This document shows, in pieces, positions 1-12,697 of a stretch of DNA of 57,592 nucleotides. This stretch comes from Phoronis australis. Lineage: Eukaryota > Animalia > Phoronida. The stretch is from contig NMRA01000149.1 in NCBI GenBank assembly GCA_002633005.1, positions 18,798 through 76,389 of the forward strand. The letters run 5' to 3'. Both the position numbers and the translations under genes were made by a program. The notes below the pieces were generated by a model, which was not told the origin of the DNA, searched no databases, and saw nothing but the letters and a program-made list of their open reading frames with translations. Within the stretch, counting starts at the first letter, position 1. Every line of letters starts with the position of its first letter.

Positions 1-89
1 CCCCCCCCCTCTCGGCGCCACGCGCCTAGGATTCGACCTTTGCGGGAATCCTAAACCCCCCCCTTACTGAAAACGTAGATCCGCCCCTG
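1..89. mobile_element. Right end of a CAG(G/T)GGCGGATC-terminal MITE (hAT-like), truncated by the window edge
   Basis: Nearly identical to 49132-49218; ends in GTAGATCCGCCCCTG. Confidence 0.8.
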
Positions 90-929
90 GGTTTGTCTGT
101 ACAACAGACCACATTTACACTTCAGTCAGTTTGCGTAAAGCGCTGCCTGTTGAGAATTCGACTAGCCAATCAGAAACGCTGGTGTGAAAAAATTTCCTGA
201 GGAAAATTAGGTAATACGTGCGTGCTGGCTACTGACCTACTAGCGGCACGCAGAGAACCAGCGAGATGTACCAACTGAGAGAAAGAATGCTGGCCGGAGG
301 CGGCACAAATATGTTTACCATAACAACGACTAGTTGGCCAAATGAGGTCGCTGTATCGTTTAGGTTGCGCGTTTGCGTAATTAAAACAATGTTTTCACTT
401 TAACTTTCATCTTGTTTTGTTGAAATAGAAATTTTCGTTGGTATTGGACAGATAGACTATGTTTATGATTTGTGCTATATATTTGGTTCAGTTGTCATTT
501 GTAAGGTGCTTTTCAAGTATTGGTGACACTAAGACCAATACAGAATTGTGAGACTTGAGTGATACTATATAACGAGATGAGCACCAACTACAAGCTTTAT
601 GAATTTAGTCCGCCAAATACCGTAATCCTTACGATTTTACCAAGGTTATTTCCTATAGACATGGTAACGGTTATCTTCTCTGGAAATCATACGGAAAAGT
701 AGTTTGACGTATTTCACGGTGTGATAACACATTTTTTCTCGGCCGTATCATCACCTATGTGTGATAACTTTACTCAAACCTTATTGCTCGGTAACAAACG
801 GTTCGTTTTTTTATTTAAACCCGGACGTCAATAAGGTCCCAAACTACTGTAATATACGTTGTAAATGCAATAACAAAACGAGCTTTAATTACCGCGTACA
901 GATTAGGAGGTCACGTACATGTCAATGAC

Positions 930-1390
930 AGAAACAAGTTCCGAAATTACCTGGTGAATTCTTAATTGCGAAGTGTCGCAGAAGAGCCTCTGAATATCGA
1001 AGGATTAGAATGAACTCAAACCAAGCTCCAGATAATATCAACTGCTGAAAGAACACTAAACGATGTTTTGGTAATTCCAACCAAAAATTCTCGTTTAGTA
1101 CTCTACGAATGCACCATTGGAGTCTGACTTGAAGCAAGTCTGGTATAAGAGGGTAGAAGCTTAGAAGTTGACGAGAATCCCTAACACTGCAGATTAGTCT
1201 GTGAACGACTACATCAAGTTATTTAAAAGCTTTTATAGGTTTTCTAGAAAAGCGGCTAAACAACCTTTCAAACATTAAAAGCCATAAGCCTAGGTCCAAA
1301 GTACAGTTTCTAACAAAAATAACAATACTACAGAGGCCCAGTTACAAGCATTTCTGTATACATTGACGATCTCTTGCAACTCTCATTGCT
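930..1390 (+). pseudogene. Highly decayed CR1/L2-type LINE ORF2 fragment
   Basis: Broken-frame peptides RNKFRNYLVN, PLESDLKQ and ISVYIDDL resemble the RN.VN, SD.EKA and FL.YINDL motifs; many stops and deletions. Confidence 0.35.
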
Positions 1391-2893
1391 TAAAGTCCTG
1401 TTACTAATTAGGCATTGCGTTTGACACCTGTTGACAAAGTGGTGGAATAATAGGGCAGGAGACCCGCACCTTCTTGGCATTCGTCAGTGAAAAAAATAGT
1501 AAAAGTGGCACGGAAATAAATTTTGGCATTTATTACGTTGTGCCAAATCGTGTACGTGTACTTCTGTGCGTGTGTGCATGTGTTGAGGAGGAGGGGCTCA
1601 GATATCACAAAATAAAGAATTCTGCCCCCTCACGATATCCCAGATCCACCACTGTGACAACAGCGGTTGTTATCGCAACTCATGCATTCCACTGCTTCGA
1701 TGCCCTTGTTTTGCATCTTTCGCAGACTCGTGCGCTTATTGCATGGTTTGGCCTCGCGCGTGAAACAAATTTATTCAAGACGGTGGACAAAGAAGTGTAC
1801 TCTGTTGTGGATTTTAAGCGACGTTATTAAACGGGATTGCGAATGTTTGCGAAAAAAACAAGTATATGGAACAGAGGGTGTTTATATTGTAAGCCAGGTA
1901 AGTTTAGTAACAACCGTCTAGTCCACGAGGCGGCTCACCTAGAACTAGCAAACTACGAGTCGTGAGACCTCTCAAGAATAGTTCCATAAAGGGAGCTGAA
2001 TTGAGGTCAGCAAAAGCAGAAATTACCGTTTAGCATTGCTTTTGATGTCTGATATTGTATGATAATATCATAATGTTTGCGCCTGGTGACATGTGGAGAT
2101 AATCTGCCATATTCTATCCGTAATTTCATCTTCGGTCTGGTTGGAACATTCCCGGATGTGTGTGGGATAATCTGTTTATCCCGCATGGCGAACTCATCTT
2201 CATCGCGGCGATATCTTGTTACTATAGATGCTTTGGCTTGGTGTTATATGACGTCATGTATGGGCTAAGCGTACCCGTGCCGGTTAAGTGACAAGCTTTT
2301 CTACAATTAAGTCATGACGTTCAATAACTAGTTAAGTTTTGTTTCATGATGAATTGATCAGAATTTTCAGGTTTTGAAATATACAAGTTCAAACAATGGA
2401 CCATTCAATGGCATTAAAAGGTCGCCGGAAACTCGGAAACAATCCATCCGGGAATATAAAATTCGAAACATTAACTAAACAGTTGTCTGGGTTGCCCAGC
2501 GGTGTGTCGTTTAGCTTCGACGAAATTCTTAGTTTTCTACATCTAGTTTGTGTTTCTTAGCTTCTTGAATAAAATTAGTGATAGACATATTTCCTCTGTC
2601 GATCTTAGCACCGGAACGATAGAAACTGTGTTCTGTGACGTGCGGCTGATTCACGGAATTTGAGCTGAACCAAGGACTCGTTGTGAAAGAAGTTAAGAGT
2701 CGAGGACGCTGCGAGTAGACGATTGTGTCGGTAAAAAATGTACTCGACGATTAGGTCGCAATTTCCGGTAGATATCTTAGTAAAAGTATGTTGTACATGC
2801 ATTCATAACAGAATGTTTTCGTTTGATTTAAATTAGATATTTACGCCATTCTATTGTGGGCGTTATGTAGGCAATTGACGTGTTTTTGATTAA

Positions 2894-3684
2894 AGAGACC
2901 TGAAACACGAAAAACAGACTAAATTGCGTGATTCAAAGCGGTTCTTTGCCACTGCAACAAAATTCAACCTGTTCACGTGATACTTTTACGGTTCGCTTGT
3001 AGAGTTTTGAATTTCTGTTTATGTTAAAGCAATTTTCTTTTAGTTTCGAAATTCAAAAAACGATCTATCAACTGCTCGTCAATTCGTCGAATTTTCTCCC
3101 ACAAGGCAAAAAATGTCGCCTTATATGGTATCACAAGTCATAGAGTAGCATATTTCCTTAATATGGAAGATGTGACCTTTGATCTTTAATGTAAACAAAA
3201 CGATGGCGACACCAAGCAGCCAGTCCAATTAAGAGGCAATTGATGTAAATCTTAAGCATTTAAAATTAGTTATAAAGGCATCGTGGTAGCATTCAAATAG
3301 TTTCTAAAATGCACTTGAAATTCTTTCTGTGGAATCGCTTGCTTCACCGGCTTGTCTCATACTGTGATGTCCACCTCAGATTCGGAGTGCAATCACACTT
3401 GATAATCTGCCTTTTAACATATCCATCGCTTCAGTCAGCTGTTTGTTGAATTACTGTGAGCGCATGCGCACACTTATCATAAGGGGGAGGGAGATTAGAA
3501 ACTCTGTGGTGACTACAGAGTTTTTCCTTCGCGCGTATTTCAAAAATCGTGGATTTTGATGATTTTTTCTGGAAATTCCCTCACAGGAGAAAATGGATGA
3601 TTCAGTAGTGGACGTAGCGATTTATTACTTTATTCAGGAATTGTTGAAAAGATATTTTGACGAACTTTCGCGTTCCATGCCTCT
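2894..3684. mobile_element. Non-autonomous TTAA-targeting DNA transposon (Kolobok-like)
   Basis: TTAA at 2890-2893 and 3685-3688; imperfect 19-bp TIR AGAGACCTGAAACACGAAA / TTTCGCGTTCCATGCCTCT; first ~120 bp homologous to 52821-52945. Confidence 0.8.
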
Positions 3685-4680
3685 TTAAGGATAGTGAAGT
3701 CTAAAAATAGCCAGCTGATCATCGTGCGTGGAAATTTTCATCGGGAAAACTCAAGTGAAAGTTTATAGTTTTTAGAGCAGCAAAACAGCTTTTCCAGGAA
3801 CGGCCCTTGGATCAATGTTTTAGGTAGCCCAAATGAAGGAACCCAATCAAATTTGCCGTCCCACATGTGAATTTAGTACACCAGGAGACTGTACACCAAT
3901 CGTGAAATACGGCCTCTGCCATTGAATACGGATTAGCGCTACTTTACCCAAAAGCATATTTCGCGGCGTATTTCTTGTCTGTATTCACACACATACGCGA
4001 TGATTGCATATATAAAATGTTTCTATGGTAAATCAGCCTATCAGGCCTAAACGTTGGATAATGTATATGTGTAAATACCTCGCAACAGAATGAGCGACCC
4101 GATATTCACTAGACAGTGGTGCTGAATAAAAGTTATAACCAGACTTTTTAACATGTAAATAGACTGAGAGCTAGAAGCAGTTCACCACCATGGGAGCGTT
4201 CTTGTAGTTACTATAAGTGAGTCACGTAATAACCTGAATGTAGACACTTCTTCGGGAAAGGAAGCTTAATTCACTTGTGATGCCTAAGGTATTTCGAATT
4301 CCCAGGTGTACTTACCGTAAGTGATTCTGATGGCAGGCGGATCCTAGCCAGCCAGCTAGCTGAATGAAGACTATAGTCAAAATACAGCTAGATGCCACTG
4401 TGTGTTTTTCTTCCATAGACCCCGAAATTGCACACAGCCAAGGTAGTTCTGCTCGTCACCTCGCCGTGAAACCTGTGTCAACATGTAGAACTAAAGACCG
4501 GACGGGGTGCATGAAAAATCTGGGAATCAAATGACACTCACCTTGCCTGTTACAGCTGTTTAAGTGGAAAACAATCTAATGAACATCATTTTCTTGCGTA
4601 ATCCTCCGCCTTTTCCACCCCGGCCAACCCGCGATCGAGAACGCCCGGAAGGCGATCGAGAACGAGACCTTGCACCAAAA

Positions 4681-5740
4681 ATGGCAGACGACAGTCACGT
4701 ACCCGGTGAGTTTAAGTGTCATTTTCTGCTTAAATAGAGGCCATTTTGGTACGAATTTTACACACAGAAAAGCGTCAGAGTGTAACCTTTGTTGTGGATC
4801 TGAAATAATACTTGGCTTTTGCATATTTTTTAAAATAAAGAGCTCAGAAAGCAATGGCTTTCGGTAAAATGCCTTGCGCCTCGTAAAATCGACAATTTCT
4901 GGTTGTTATTAGCAATTCCAGGGTTCTTAAGAAGAGACGTGTGACGTTTATAGTTTAATCGTCCCTTGTGACACCTTTGTTAGTTATGATTTGTGAAACA
5001 ATTTGAGATATTTACCAATACAAGCAGGTCCTTGTGTGAGACGGCGATCGGGAACGATGTCGTTAATTCTCTATTTCAATCATGAACGCAAAAAGCGATC
5101 GTGAACGTACATTTTTTCTCTGCATTGGCCTGAATAGTCGTTCAAGTTACGGTATTATGTCAATAATTTTAGAATAATATAGACTCGGCCTGAATTAGTT
5201 GATGGGTTAATTATTAATTACATTTCATCGTTTTTTACATTATTTCTAAGTGAAATTTAGTCTAACAAACATAACTGAATGCGTTTGACTTTTTTTCAGT
5301 TGAACTGTAGCCACACGACGAATCCTTCAGGGTGTTAACGTCCACGCCTTCAAAAAAGAGTAGTACAACTGCTGCATGTCACAACGGAGTGTGTGTGTGT
5401 TGTGTAGCCTCATTCAGGAACTAAGAAATCGACTTAGTATGACCACATGGCAATGAAATACAGTGACACTACAACAAAGCAAAACCTTTACTAGCCCTGT
5501 GATTGACGCGTTGCATGCGTCAAGAGTTTTTTTACCAATGTAGTAAAACACAGCATGAAGCATCGAGTTCAGGAACCAGGTCGGTTCAGTTTCCTATCTG
5601 TGATCAACTTTTCACGGAAAGAGTAAGCCTGATGCGATACTGCATCACAGCACGAGGACACTCCTTTTTGTGGTGAATGTGGCATGCCATGCAAACAGTA
5701 TGCCTCCTTCTGCAGGCTTAGCAAGCAGAAACGTCATGAA
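4681..5740 (+). pseudogene. Decayed spliced C2H2 zinc-finger gene inside the 4616-7692 element
   Basis: Exon 4681-4705 (MADDSHVP, G|gtgagt); acceptor ttttttcag| at 5299; broken ZF-like peptides ACVKSFFTNVVKHSMKH, PICDQLFTERVSLMRYC and CGECGMPCKQYASFCRLSKQKRH. Confidence 0.5.
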
Positions 5741-6419
5741 TGAAATCATTAAGTCCAATGCTGAAGATTCTTAAGTCACTATAGTTTATTCAGATTTACA
5801 AAGTCTGTGGTTGGTAGTTGTCTGATCTGATAGTATTTTGACGTTTTGTTTTGAACCTTTTTTCCTCAAGTTTCTTTCTATATTTGTGATATTTCAAAAG
5901 GATCTTTAACAAAACCAGTACATTTTTGTAGTGTTTAGGTAGATTTAAATGGCCATATTAAGTGTCATTGGGCAACACTTACATACAATTGTTCTGACCA
6001 ATGAGTATTTTAAATGAAAATATATGTCCATGATTATTGTAGAAATTGCTTTCATATTGTTTTTGATTTCCTGTGAGAGACTGTTATACTATCCATCAGT
6101 CCTAAATACATTTTCTATGGTTCAGTGATGGTTTAGTCTAATACATTCCAAAAGTAATTCGTTGTACATGTTCAATGGATTTGTTTTGTTGATTTCCCTA
6201 GAAATAAATTTATGTATTTTTGTAAGACCAATTTTGAGGTACGTGTGATAAAAGACTAATATTATAATAGAATGCTATAGTATTGTTGATTTCCTGTGTA
6301 AATCACTACAGTGTGTAGTTGAAGTGACGTTAATGACAACATGTTGACTACGTTTTGAGAAAATCACAATATAGTATGTGTATTATAACTCTCAATCTTT
6401 TTCAATGTCACATTAAACT

Positions 6420-6999
6420 CGAGATCATGAACTGATGATGCAGGTGAACTTAGGACCAATACTACAAAACAGAAGAGTCAAACACAACGTACATTCAAGC
6501 CACACGGTGCCACAAGTCAATCTGTTCATCTCTGTATCGATGTTATCAGTAAAACATCAAGTAAAATCCCACCCGTTTTATCAGCACACCAGTTTACACA
6601 ACTTCTGGTCATTTTTTGATCCCAGACGTTTATGAGTGAGAATCTTTGAATCATCTGGTGAAGTGTTGCCGCACTCCCCTCTCACCCCATGGGCAAGCTC
6701 ATCGTCATTCTTTGACTTCACTGGCTATTTGTTTTTTTTTCCTTTTGCTGTCACAATTTTACAAGAAGATTCTAAACTCGCTTTCATCTCGGTGCTGCAA
6801 CAATTTGTTTACCCCTGGCTGACAGGCCACATGGAACAACTCCTAGGTGAGTCTTCAGTTTAGAAACCCTTGTTCTCAGTGGTTTGGTCTAAAAGTAGAT
6901 GCCTGGCCTGTACTTTTCAAAAGCCTGGTCGGGTGTACCTTCACGTCGTGGGTAACATGTTCGTTGAAGCTCGCCTCACATTAACAGTGAGCTTGTTTC
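6420..6999 (-). pseudogene. Decayed Cys-rich C-terminal exon of a second gene (possible transposase remnant with PHD-like tail)
   Basis: Acceptor catttcag| at 7000; peptides NMLPTT, TNCCSTEMKASLESSCK and VWLECTLC...KFTC in shifting frames; upstream minus-strand donor AAG|gtgagt at 7612. Confidence 0.3.
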
Positions 7000-8148
7000 C
7001 TGAAATGAGAATAAATTCGTTTGTGAAACTAAAATTATGCTTGATGTACAGGTAGTGCTCATGGCAATTTAATGGAAATATGCTATGTTGTTGTTCAGTT
7101 TTGATACGAAAGTAACACAGTAACGACACAAAATGTGATTAATTCATTGCACCACACTTATTTTGTAACCCTTTTCACGTTTTAAAAGTAAAAAGCTCAT
7201 TACTGTTCGACACACCACAATGATCGCATAAACAAACACAAATTTGCGTTCCCGATCGCTTATCGTTGCGTTCTCGATCGCATCTTTCAACAGAAAAGCG
7301 TCGAAAAATCAGAGATCCTGACAAAACTACAAAAAAAAACAAGCATTGCGTTATATTTTCACACGTCACTTCTTCATAACTCCGTGGTCAATTTATTGAT
7401 TTAGTGCCAAAAATAACGGCAATTTGCCAAATTGACATACAGATCACCTTCGGCTTAAGCGATGCCTCGGTCAACGTAATTTTTCTCCTATAATTGGGAG
7501 AGACACTAGCCTAAACCTCTACCTGCCCTTCCTAAATGTGTTACGCCTTGAAGTCATGTCTCTGTTTTCACATTGGAAGTAAAAACAACCAAAATTCACC
7601 AAATTTACTCACCTTGCCTGGCTTCGCTTCTCGCGCAAAATTTCGTTCTCGATCGCTTTTCGGTCGTTCTTGATCGCCGGTTGGCCGGGGTGTTTTCTAA
7701 CAGAGAAAAGGTATGTCGTCGTTTTGAAAACAATACGCTAGTGACAAGTGCACACGCCATTTCCTAAAACTTTGCGACATCTCTCGGGAGATGATGATAG
7801 CCTGACAGCAGCAAAATTTCTTCTTAAATTCGATTTGCTGGTTTCAAAATTCTAAAAACTCATAATGAAGTGAAACCAGTTTCGATAATTTGTTGTGACG
7901 TGTACGCAACCTCGTGAAAGAACAACAGCTGATCGAAGAATCGGCGAAAAAAGAAACTGGCCAATAGGTGACGCAATATTTCATGGCGCAGGAAGCCGAC
8001 GCAAAAGATCGCATCATAATTTTAGCAGCAGAATAACAGTAGAACACCAATTTTTCCAACACTGGTAAAAATTTAGTTTACTCAAGGCAAATTATAGTTT
8101 TAATGATATTGTGTCAGAATTTATGTGGTAAGTTTTTTTACCTACATC

Positions 8149-8185
8149 GGCGCAAAGCTGCATATTTAGTATACAGCTTTGCGCC
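8149..8185. repeat. Perfect 12-bp hairpin
   Basis: GGCGCAAAGCTG-13 nt-CAGCTTTGCGCC, extendable imperfectly to CCTAC/GTAGG. Confidence 0.85.
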
Positions 8186-8400
8186 AAGGGTAGGCGGATC
8201 CCAGTCATTCTTTATTTTCTCTGAAACTTACAGTGTATCATAATGGGCAAGTTTTAAGGCGTTAGATGTTGTATGTCTGACTGTGAATGTTGTATGCTCT
8301 CTTTTCATCTTCAGAGCACGAATTACACTGTAAAATGTAAAGTGTCTAACTGTCTTCCACACACATAAGCGTGTAACACCTTGAGGACACATTTTTTCAG

Positions 8401-9553
8401 CCCTTTTCATAAAGGTGGTTTAACAAAACCAGGTTTAAGACTTGGTCTTCCTAAACCTGGTGTAATGGTATGCCAAATTGCATTTCACCAACGTGGTTTA
8501 AAACTCTGAAAGCCTGGTTTTGTTAGACCAGTGGGCGGATTTAGTAAAACCAGATTTAAAGTATGCAAGCCACCCTACTGTGTTGATCTGGATTAACCCA
8601 ACAAAGAAACTATTGAAGAGCTTCAATGAAACCTTGGTCATATGGATATACAATGCCACACAGTAGTAGAATCAGTGCAGACATTTGTGAAAAAAGATCT
8701 AAAAGCTTTACTCATGAGGAAAATGTAATGTCTGTGTCCAACACACGTGCACATATTAAAGAACATGCTCACGATTAGCCGCAACATAACAAATGCCCAA
8801 ATTTATGTCCGTGTCATTTTAGGGTTTAATCTTTGGGCCAAGGGGGAGCAGGACCCCTGTCCGGCAACATTAAATAGGGGACCAATGGAAATAGGTGGCC
8901 AATGGAGTTGGAACTCAGAATCAGAAGATGCCGTCTTCAGCCAAACCCTTAGTGCTTATGACGATGACGCCCTGCTCGACCAGTCATATTCTGAAGAATC
9001 TAAAAGACACCCTGCAACACATACTGGTCTACGCACAGGCGGATCCAAGGGAGTTCGGACCCCCCCTTCCTTTTCCCTTGAATTAAGTGTTATCAAATCT
9101 ATAATTTTCAATTTTTTTATTTGGTACCCCTTTACAAAATCCTTGATCCGACACCCCCCTTTTAAAAATCCTGGATCCGCCCCTGCTACGCTTGATGTTG
9201 TGTCATTGTAACACTGAAAATTGAAAATAGTCCATTCTTGCTCTAAAACAACGTCGTAAATGCACACTGCGGCATCGTTCATCAATAACGTTCAAGTCTG
9301 ACTATATTAAACCTGGGTCTGACCAAGTCTAAAGTTAAACCTGGTTTAAGATCTTAATACAGGTTTAAGGAATATAGACCTCGTTGGTGAAATGAAAACT
9401 GGCTTAAACCAGGTCTAAACTGGAGTTAAACCAGGTTTTACCAGACCAGTGGTCTAAAAGTTAAACCACCTTTATGAAATGCAGATTATCTTTAAATCTG
9501 GTCTAAGTCCAGTTTAAACCAGGTTTAACTTTAAACCACCTTTATGAAATCGG
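8401..9553. mobile_element. Non-autonomous PIF/Harbinger-like element
   Basis: TIR CCCTTTTCATAAAGGTGGTTTAA / TTAAACCACCTTTATGAAATCGG; flanks CAG and CTG (CWG-type target); many subterminal AAACC(A/T)GGT(T/C)T motifs at both ends. Confidence 0.7.
9034..9185. mobile_element. 152-bp MITE (CAGGGGCGGATCC family) nested in the Harbinger-like element
   Basis: TIR CACAGGCGGATCCA / TGGATCCGCCCCTG; perfect 5-bp TSD CTACG (9029-9033, 9186-9190). Confidence 0.9.
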
Positions 9554-10424
9554 CTGTTTGTGTTCTCATGATAGCACCCTTTACGCATATATTAGTCGGT
9601 TGGCCAGAATTTGTAGGGCCCCTAGAAAATGGTTTTTGTGAGTACTTTAGGGGGGCGATTTTATTTTGGTGTTTTTAACTCATTTATTAGAGTGTTTTCA
9701 AAATCTAAAAAGTTCCCACATATCAAGTTGCACATTTTTGAGAAATTTGAGTTTGAAGTTACCTAATAATCACCAAAGAGCTTAGTAAACTTATATTTGT
9801 AAAAACAACAGTTTTGGTGACTTTTTTGTAAAACAAGTAATATGGTCCCATCAGTGCCATTGTATTGAACAATATTACACTCACATTACATGTTTTACTA
9901 TTGTAGATTAATTGTAAACATTGAAATTTAAAAATGTAAAGAGACACCTAGTGGCAAAAAAGCAAACTAAGTCTGAATGTTACTAGGAAGTTATTCTGGC
10001 ATTGTCTGGCAACAAAAATAACACAAAGCACTTGAGACTGGGCAAAATTTGTGCCTCAATGACTAAAACATTGACTAATGGTGTAAAATACAGCTTGTTT
10101 GCATAATACACCAGAAATACGTTATAGTACAAAAACAATATAGTTGAATGATATCTGTGAATGTGCACACAGACTGTATGAAAATAATAGATTATTCTGA
10201 CAGCGTTTATCAAGCAGTATGAGACAAATACATGACAATGATCAAAGTATGTACTTTCTATGACTTAATGAACAAATAAAATTAACATTTATTGGGGACA
10301 AATAAAACAACAAGAATAATTTTTAAGTTGTATTGGGAATTTCAGGGTCACAGCTCTACAAATAAATATTTCACAGAAGGAACCAGATGGGTTCCTTAAT
10401 TACAAGAGATAACACACACATTTC

Positions 10425-10630
10425 CGATACCCAAAGTACAATTGAGTATCGGATGCTAAGTGGCACCGGTTAGCATAGTACCAAATGGGTACATAATACC
10501 AAATGGGTATTGGCCGATTGCCTACCAACTGGGTCGAGCAAAANNNNNNNNNNNNNNNNNNNNNNNNNCTGCCAAATGGGCAAATATCATATAAAGTACC
10601 AAGTGGGTACATCAAACAGCCAACTGGGCT
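10425..10630. repeat. Short degenerate CCAA(A/C/G)TGGG repeat array spanning the 25-N gap (10544-10568)
   Basis: Recurrent ACCAAATGGGTA, CCAACTGGG and CCAAGTGGG units on both sides of the gap. Confidence 0.6.
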
Positions 10631-10859
10631 ATAACAACCTGCAAAGCATGGTTCGGACAAGCTGAGTGAGCAGACCAGCCGGAGTGATGAAAAGAGATAT
10701 TGTAAGGAACGTGGTGTTGTGGCTCAGTATGTGCCACATGGGCAGGGTTGTTCATGGATGAACAATCCTGTCCACCGCCACAATATTTTGTAGATAAAAC
10801 TTCAACGTTAAATCATAACGCTTAGATTGCAAACAACAGTCGCTTTTTAATAACATTCG

Positions 10860-12405
10860 AAAACAAACTGACCTTAACAAACTCTATGACTGGTCTTACA
10901 AATGGAAGATGAAATTTAAACCTGAAAAAAGTGTTGATCTTATATTTTCTAAGTCTAATAATATTCATTTCCAAACAAATCCAACGCTGGAATTATCACT
11001 CAATGGGGAAGTTATTCCCAATAAGTTCACGCACAAACATCTTGGCTTGCTACTCGACCATAAGCTTACATTTACTCCTCATTGTCGCGAACTCGTTCAA
11101 AAAGTACAAAAATTAATTAATCCAATTAGAATTATCTCTCGTCATCTCAACTCCATGTATCTTGAAACTCTGTTTGTTCTTCCACATCTAGATTACTGTG
11201 ACATAATCTACCAACGCTGGCATACTTCTTCAATTAGAAAGACTACAATACCAAGCAGCTTTAGCCATAACAGGATCATACAAAGGGTCCAATACAACCA
11301 AGGTTCTAAACAGTCTCAACTGGAGCAAACTAGCAACCCGTCGTAAACTACACATGTCCATGTATACATTCAAAGTCTTAACCAACATAAACAATTACTC
11401 TAACAAAATCCTCTTTGACTCCTACAAAAGACCAAACACGAAACCAGGACTGCGACAAAGTAATATGCACACTATTCCATCTTCCATCAGCCAAGCCTTC
11501 AGGAGATCAACGATATTAACTTGGAATTCCTTACCACCCAAAATGAAAGAAATCACTTCAACCGTCACTCTTAAAAATAACTTTAAGAAGCATACCACTT
11601 CTCAAGACTTGCCAGTCCCATTGACATCATTTCAACTTCCTCGCAACCATAAAATAACCCTATACAGATCAAGATGCAGTCTATTCCTAAACAACGAGAA
11701 ATTTAGACATAATTTCAATAATATTTCGCCTCTGTGTTCCTGTGGAGACACCCAGACATATCCTCATGTTTTCTTTGCTTGTGACGTATGCAAGGAGCAA
11801 AGGGTACAGCTTTTCCAGACACTCGAACAATACCCCAATGTCTACAAAAATATTCTGAAATTCTGCAATTGTACAACAAAATTATTTTTTTTCTATATGG
11901 ATGTCAAGAACTCAACCCAAATGAAAATAAGGTTTTATTTGAAAAAGTATCAGAATTTCTTTATAACATTAAATCTCTTTGTGTGAGTCGATAAAATTGT
12001 ATAACAGCTTTTCCAGACACTCGAACAATACCCCCAATGTTTACAAAAAATATTCTTAAATTCCGCAAATTTACAACAAAATTATTTTTTTTCTATACGG
12101 ATGTCAAGAACTCAACCCAAATGAAAATAAGGTTTTATTCGAAAAAGTATCAGAATTTCTTTATAACATTAAATCTCTGCGTGAGTGGATAGAATTGTAT
12201 ACATGTGTATGAAACTGAATTATTTACATTCGAAATCATATATTGTTGTAATCTTAACATCAGCTTTTTTAATTTATGTATGCGTGTATAATAATTGTAT
12301 ATAGACTTCTTTGTATTTTTTAACCCAGACCTAATGCCCCTTGGTGGTTTCTGGGTTATGTATATGCATTACATTCTGAAGATTTCGTAACAAACATTAA
12401 AAAAT
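10860..12405 (+). mobile_element. 5'-truncated CR1/L2-clade LINE (RT C-terminal half, Cys motif, 3' UTR)
   Basis: DLNKLYDWSYKWKMKFKPEK, HKHLGLLLDHKLTF, LPHLDYCDIIY, WNSLP, CSCG...HVFFAC; frameshifts; 3' stem-loop AACCCAGA...TCTGGGTT near 12322-12357. Confidence 0.85.
11806..12200 (+). repeat. 198-bp tandem duplication at the LINE ORF end
   Basis: ACAGCTTTTCCAGACACTCGAAC starts at 11806 and 12004; few differences between copies. Confidence 0.9.
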
Positions 12406-12697
12406 CTATCCAAAGTACCTACACAATAGATATTTGCTCATTTCTTATCTATTTAACAACCTTTATATGCAAATTTCGGATAAGTAATTGCAGTAATTAC
12501 TTTATCACATTTTTGTAAATGTGACTGCATCTTGAATTTTTACTGAAGAACTGTGTCAAACGGCACCAAAAGTCCAATTAATATATTTATTATTTTGCAT
12601 GAATACCAAACGAAATTCTTCACAACAACTTTGAATGATCCATATTCTTTGTCTTGATATACAAATCTTTTTAATCATTGAAGTTAATAGCACCGAG

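Larger units (their letters stand above)
4616..7692. mobile_element. DNA transposon with CAC...GTG ends, 5-bp TSD and two convergent decayed genes
   Basis: Perfect 14-bp TIR CACCCCGGCCAACC / GGTTGGCCGGGGTG; TTTTC direct repeat at 4611-4615 and 7693-7697; GCGATC(G/A)NGAACG motif 4x on the left (4631, 4652, 5044, 5095) and 4x inverted on the right (7247, 7269, 7644, 7665). Confidence 0.85.

Noticed and set aside
4537-4550. 14-mer ACTCACCTTGCCTG shared with 7607-7620
   Set aside because: Mostly the reverse complement of the splice-donor consensus; plausible by chance.
4616-7692. Calling the element ProtoRAG/RAG-like
   Set aside because: No RAG1 core, RING or kelch motifs recognised and no RSS-like heptamer or nonamer; only the TSD length and gene layout fit.
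8747-9285. 154-aa and 109-aa ORFs
   Set aside because: They read through a MITE insertion; chance frames.
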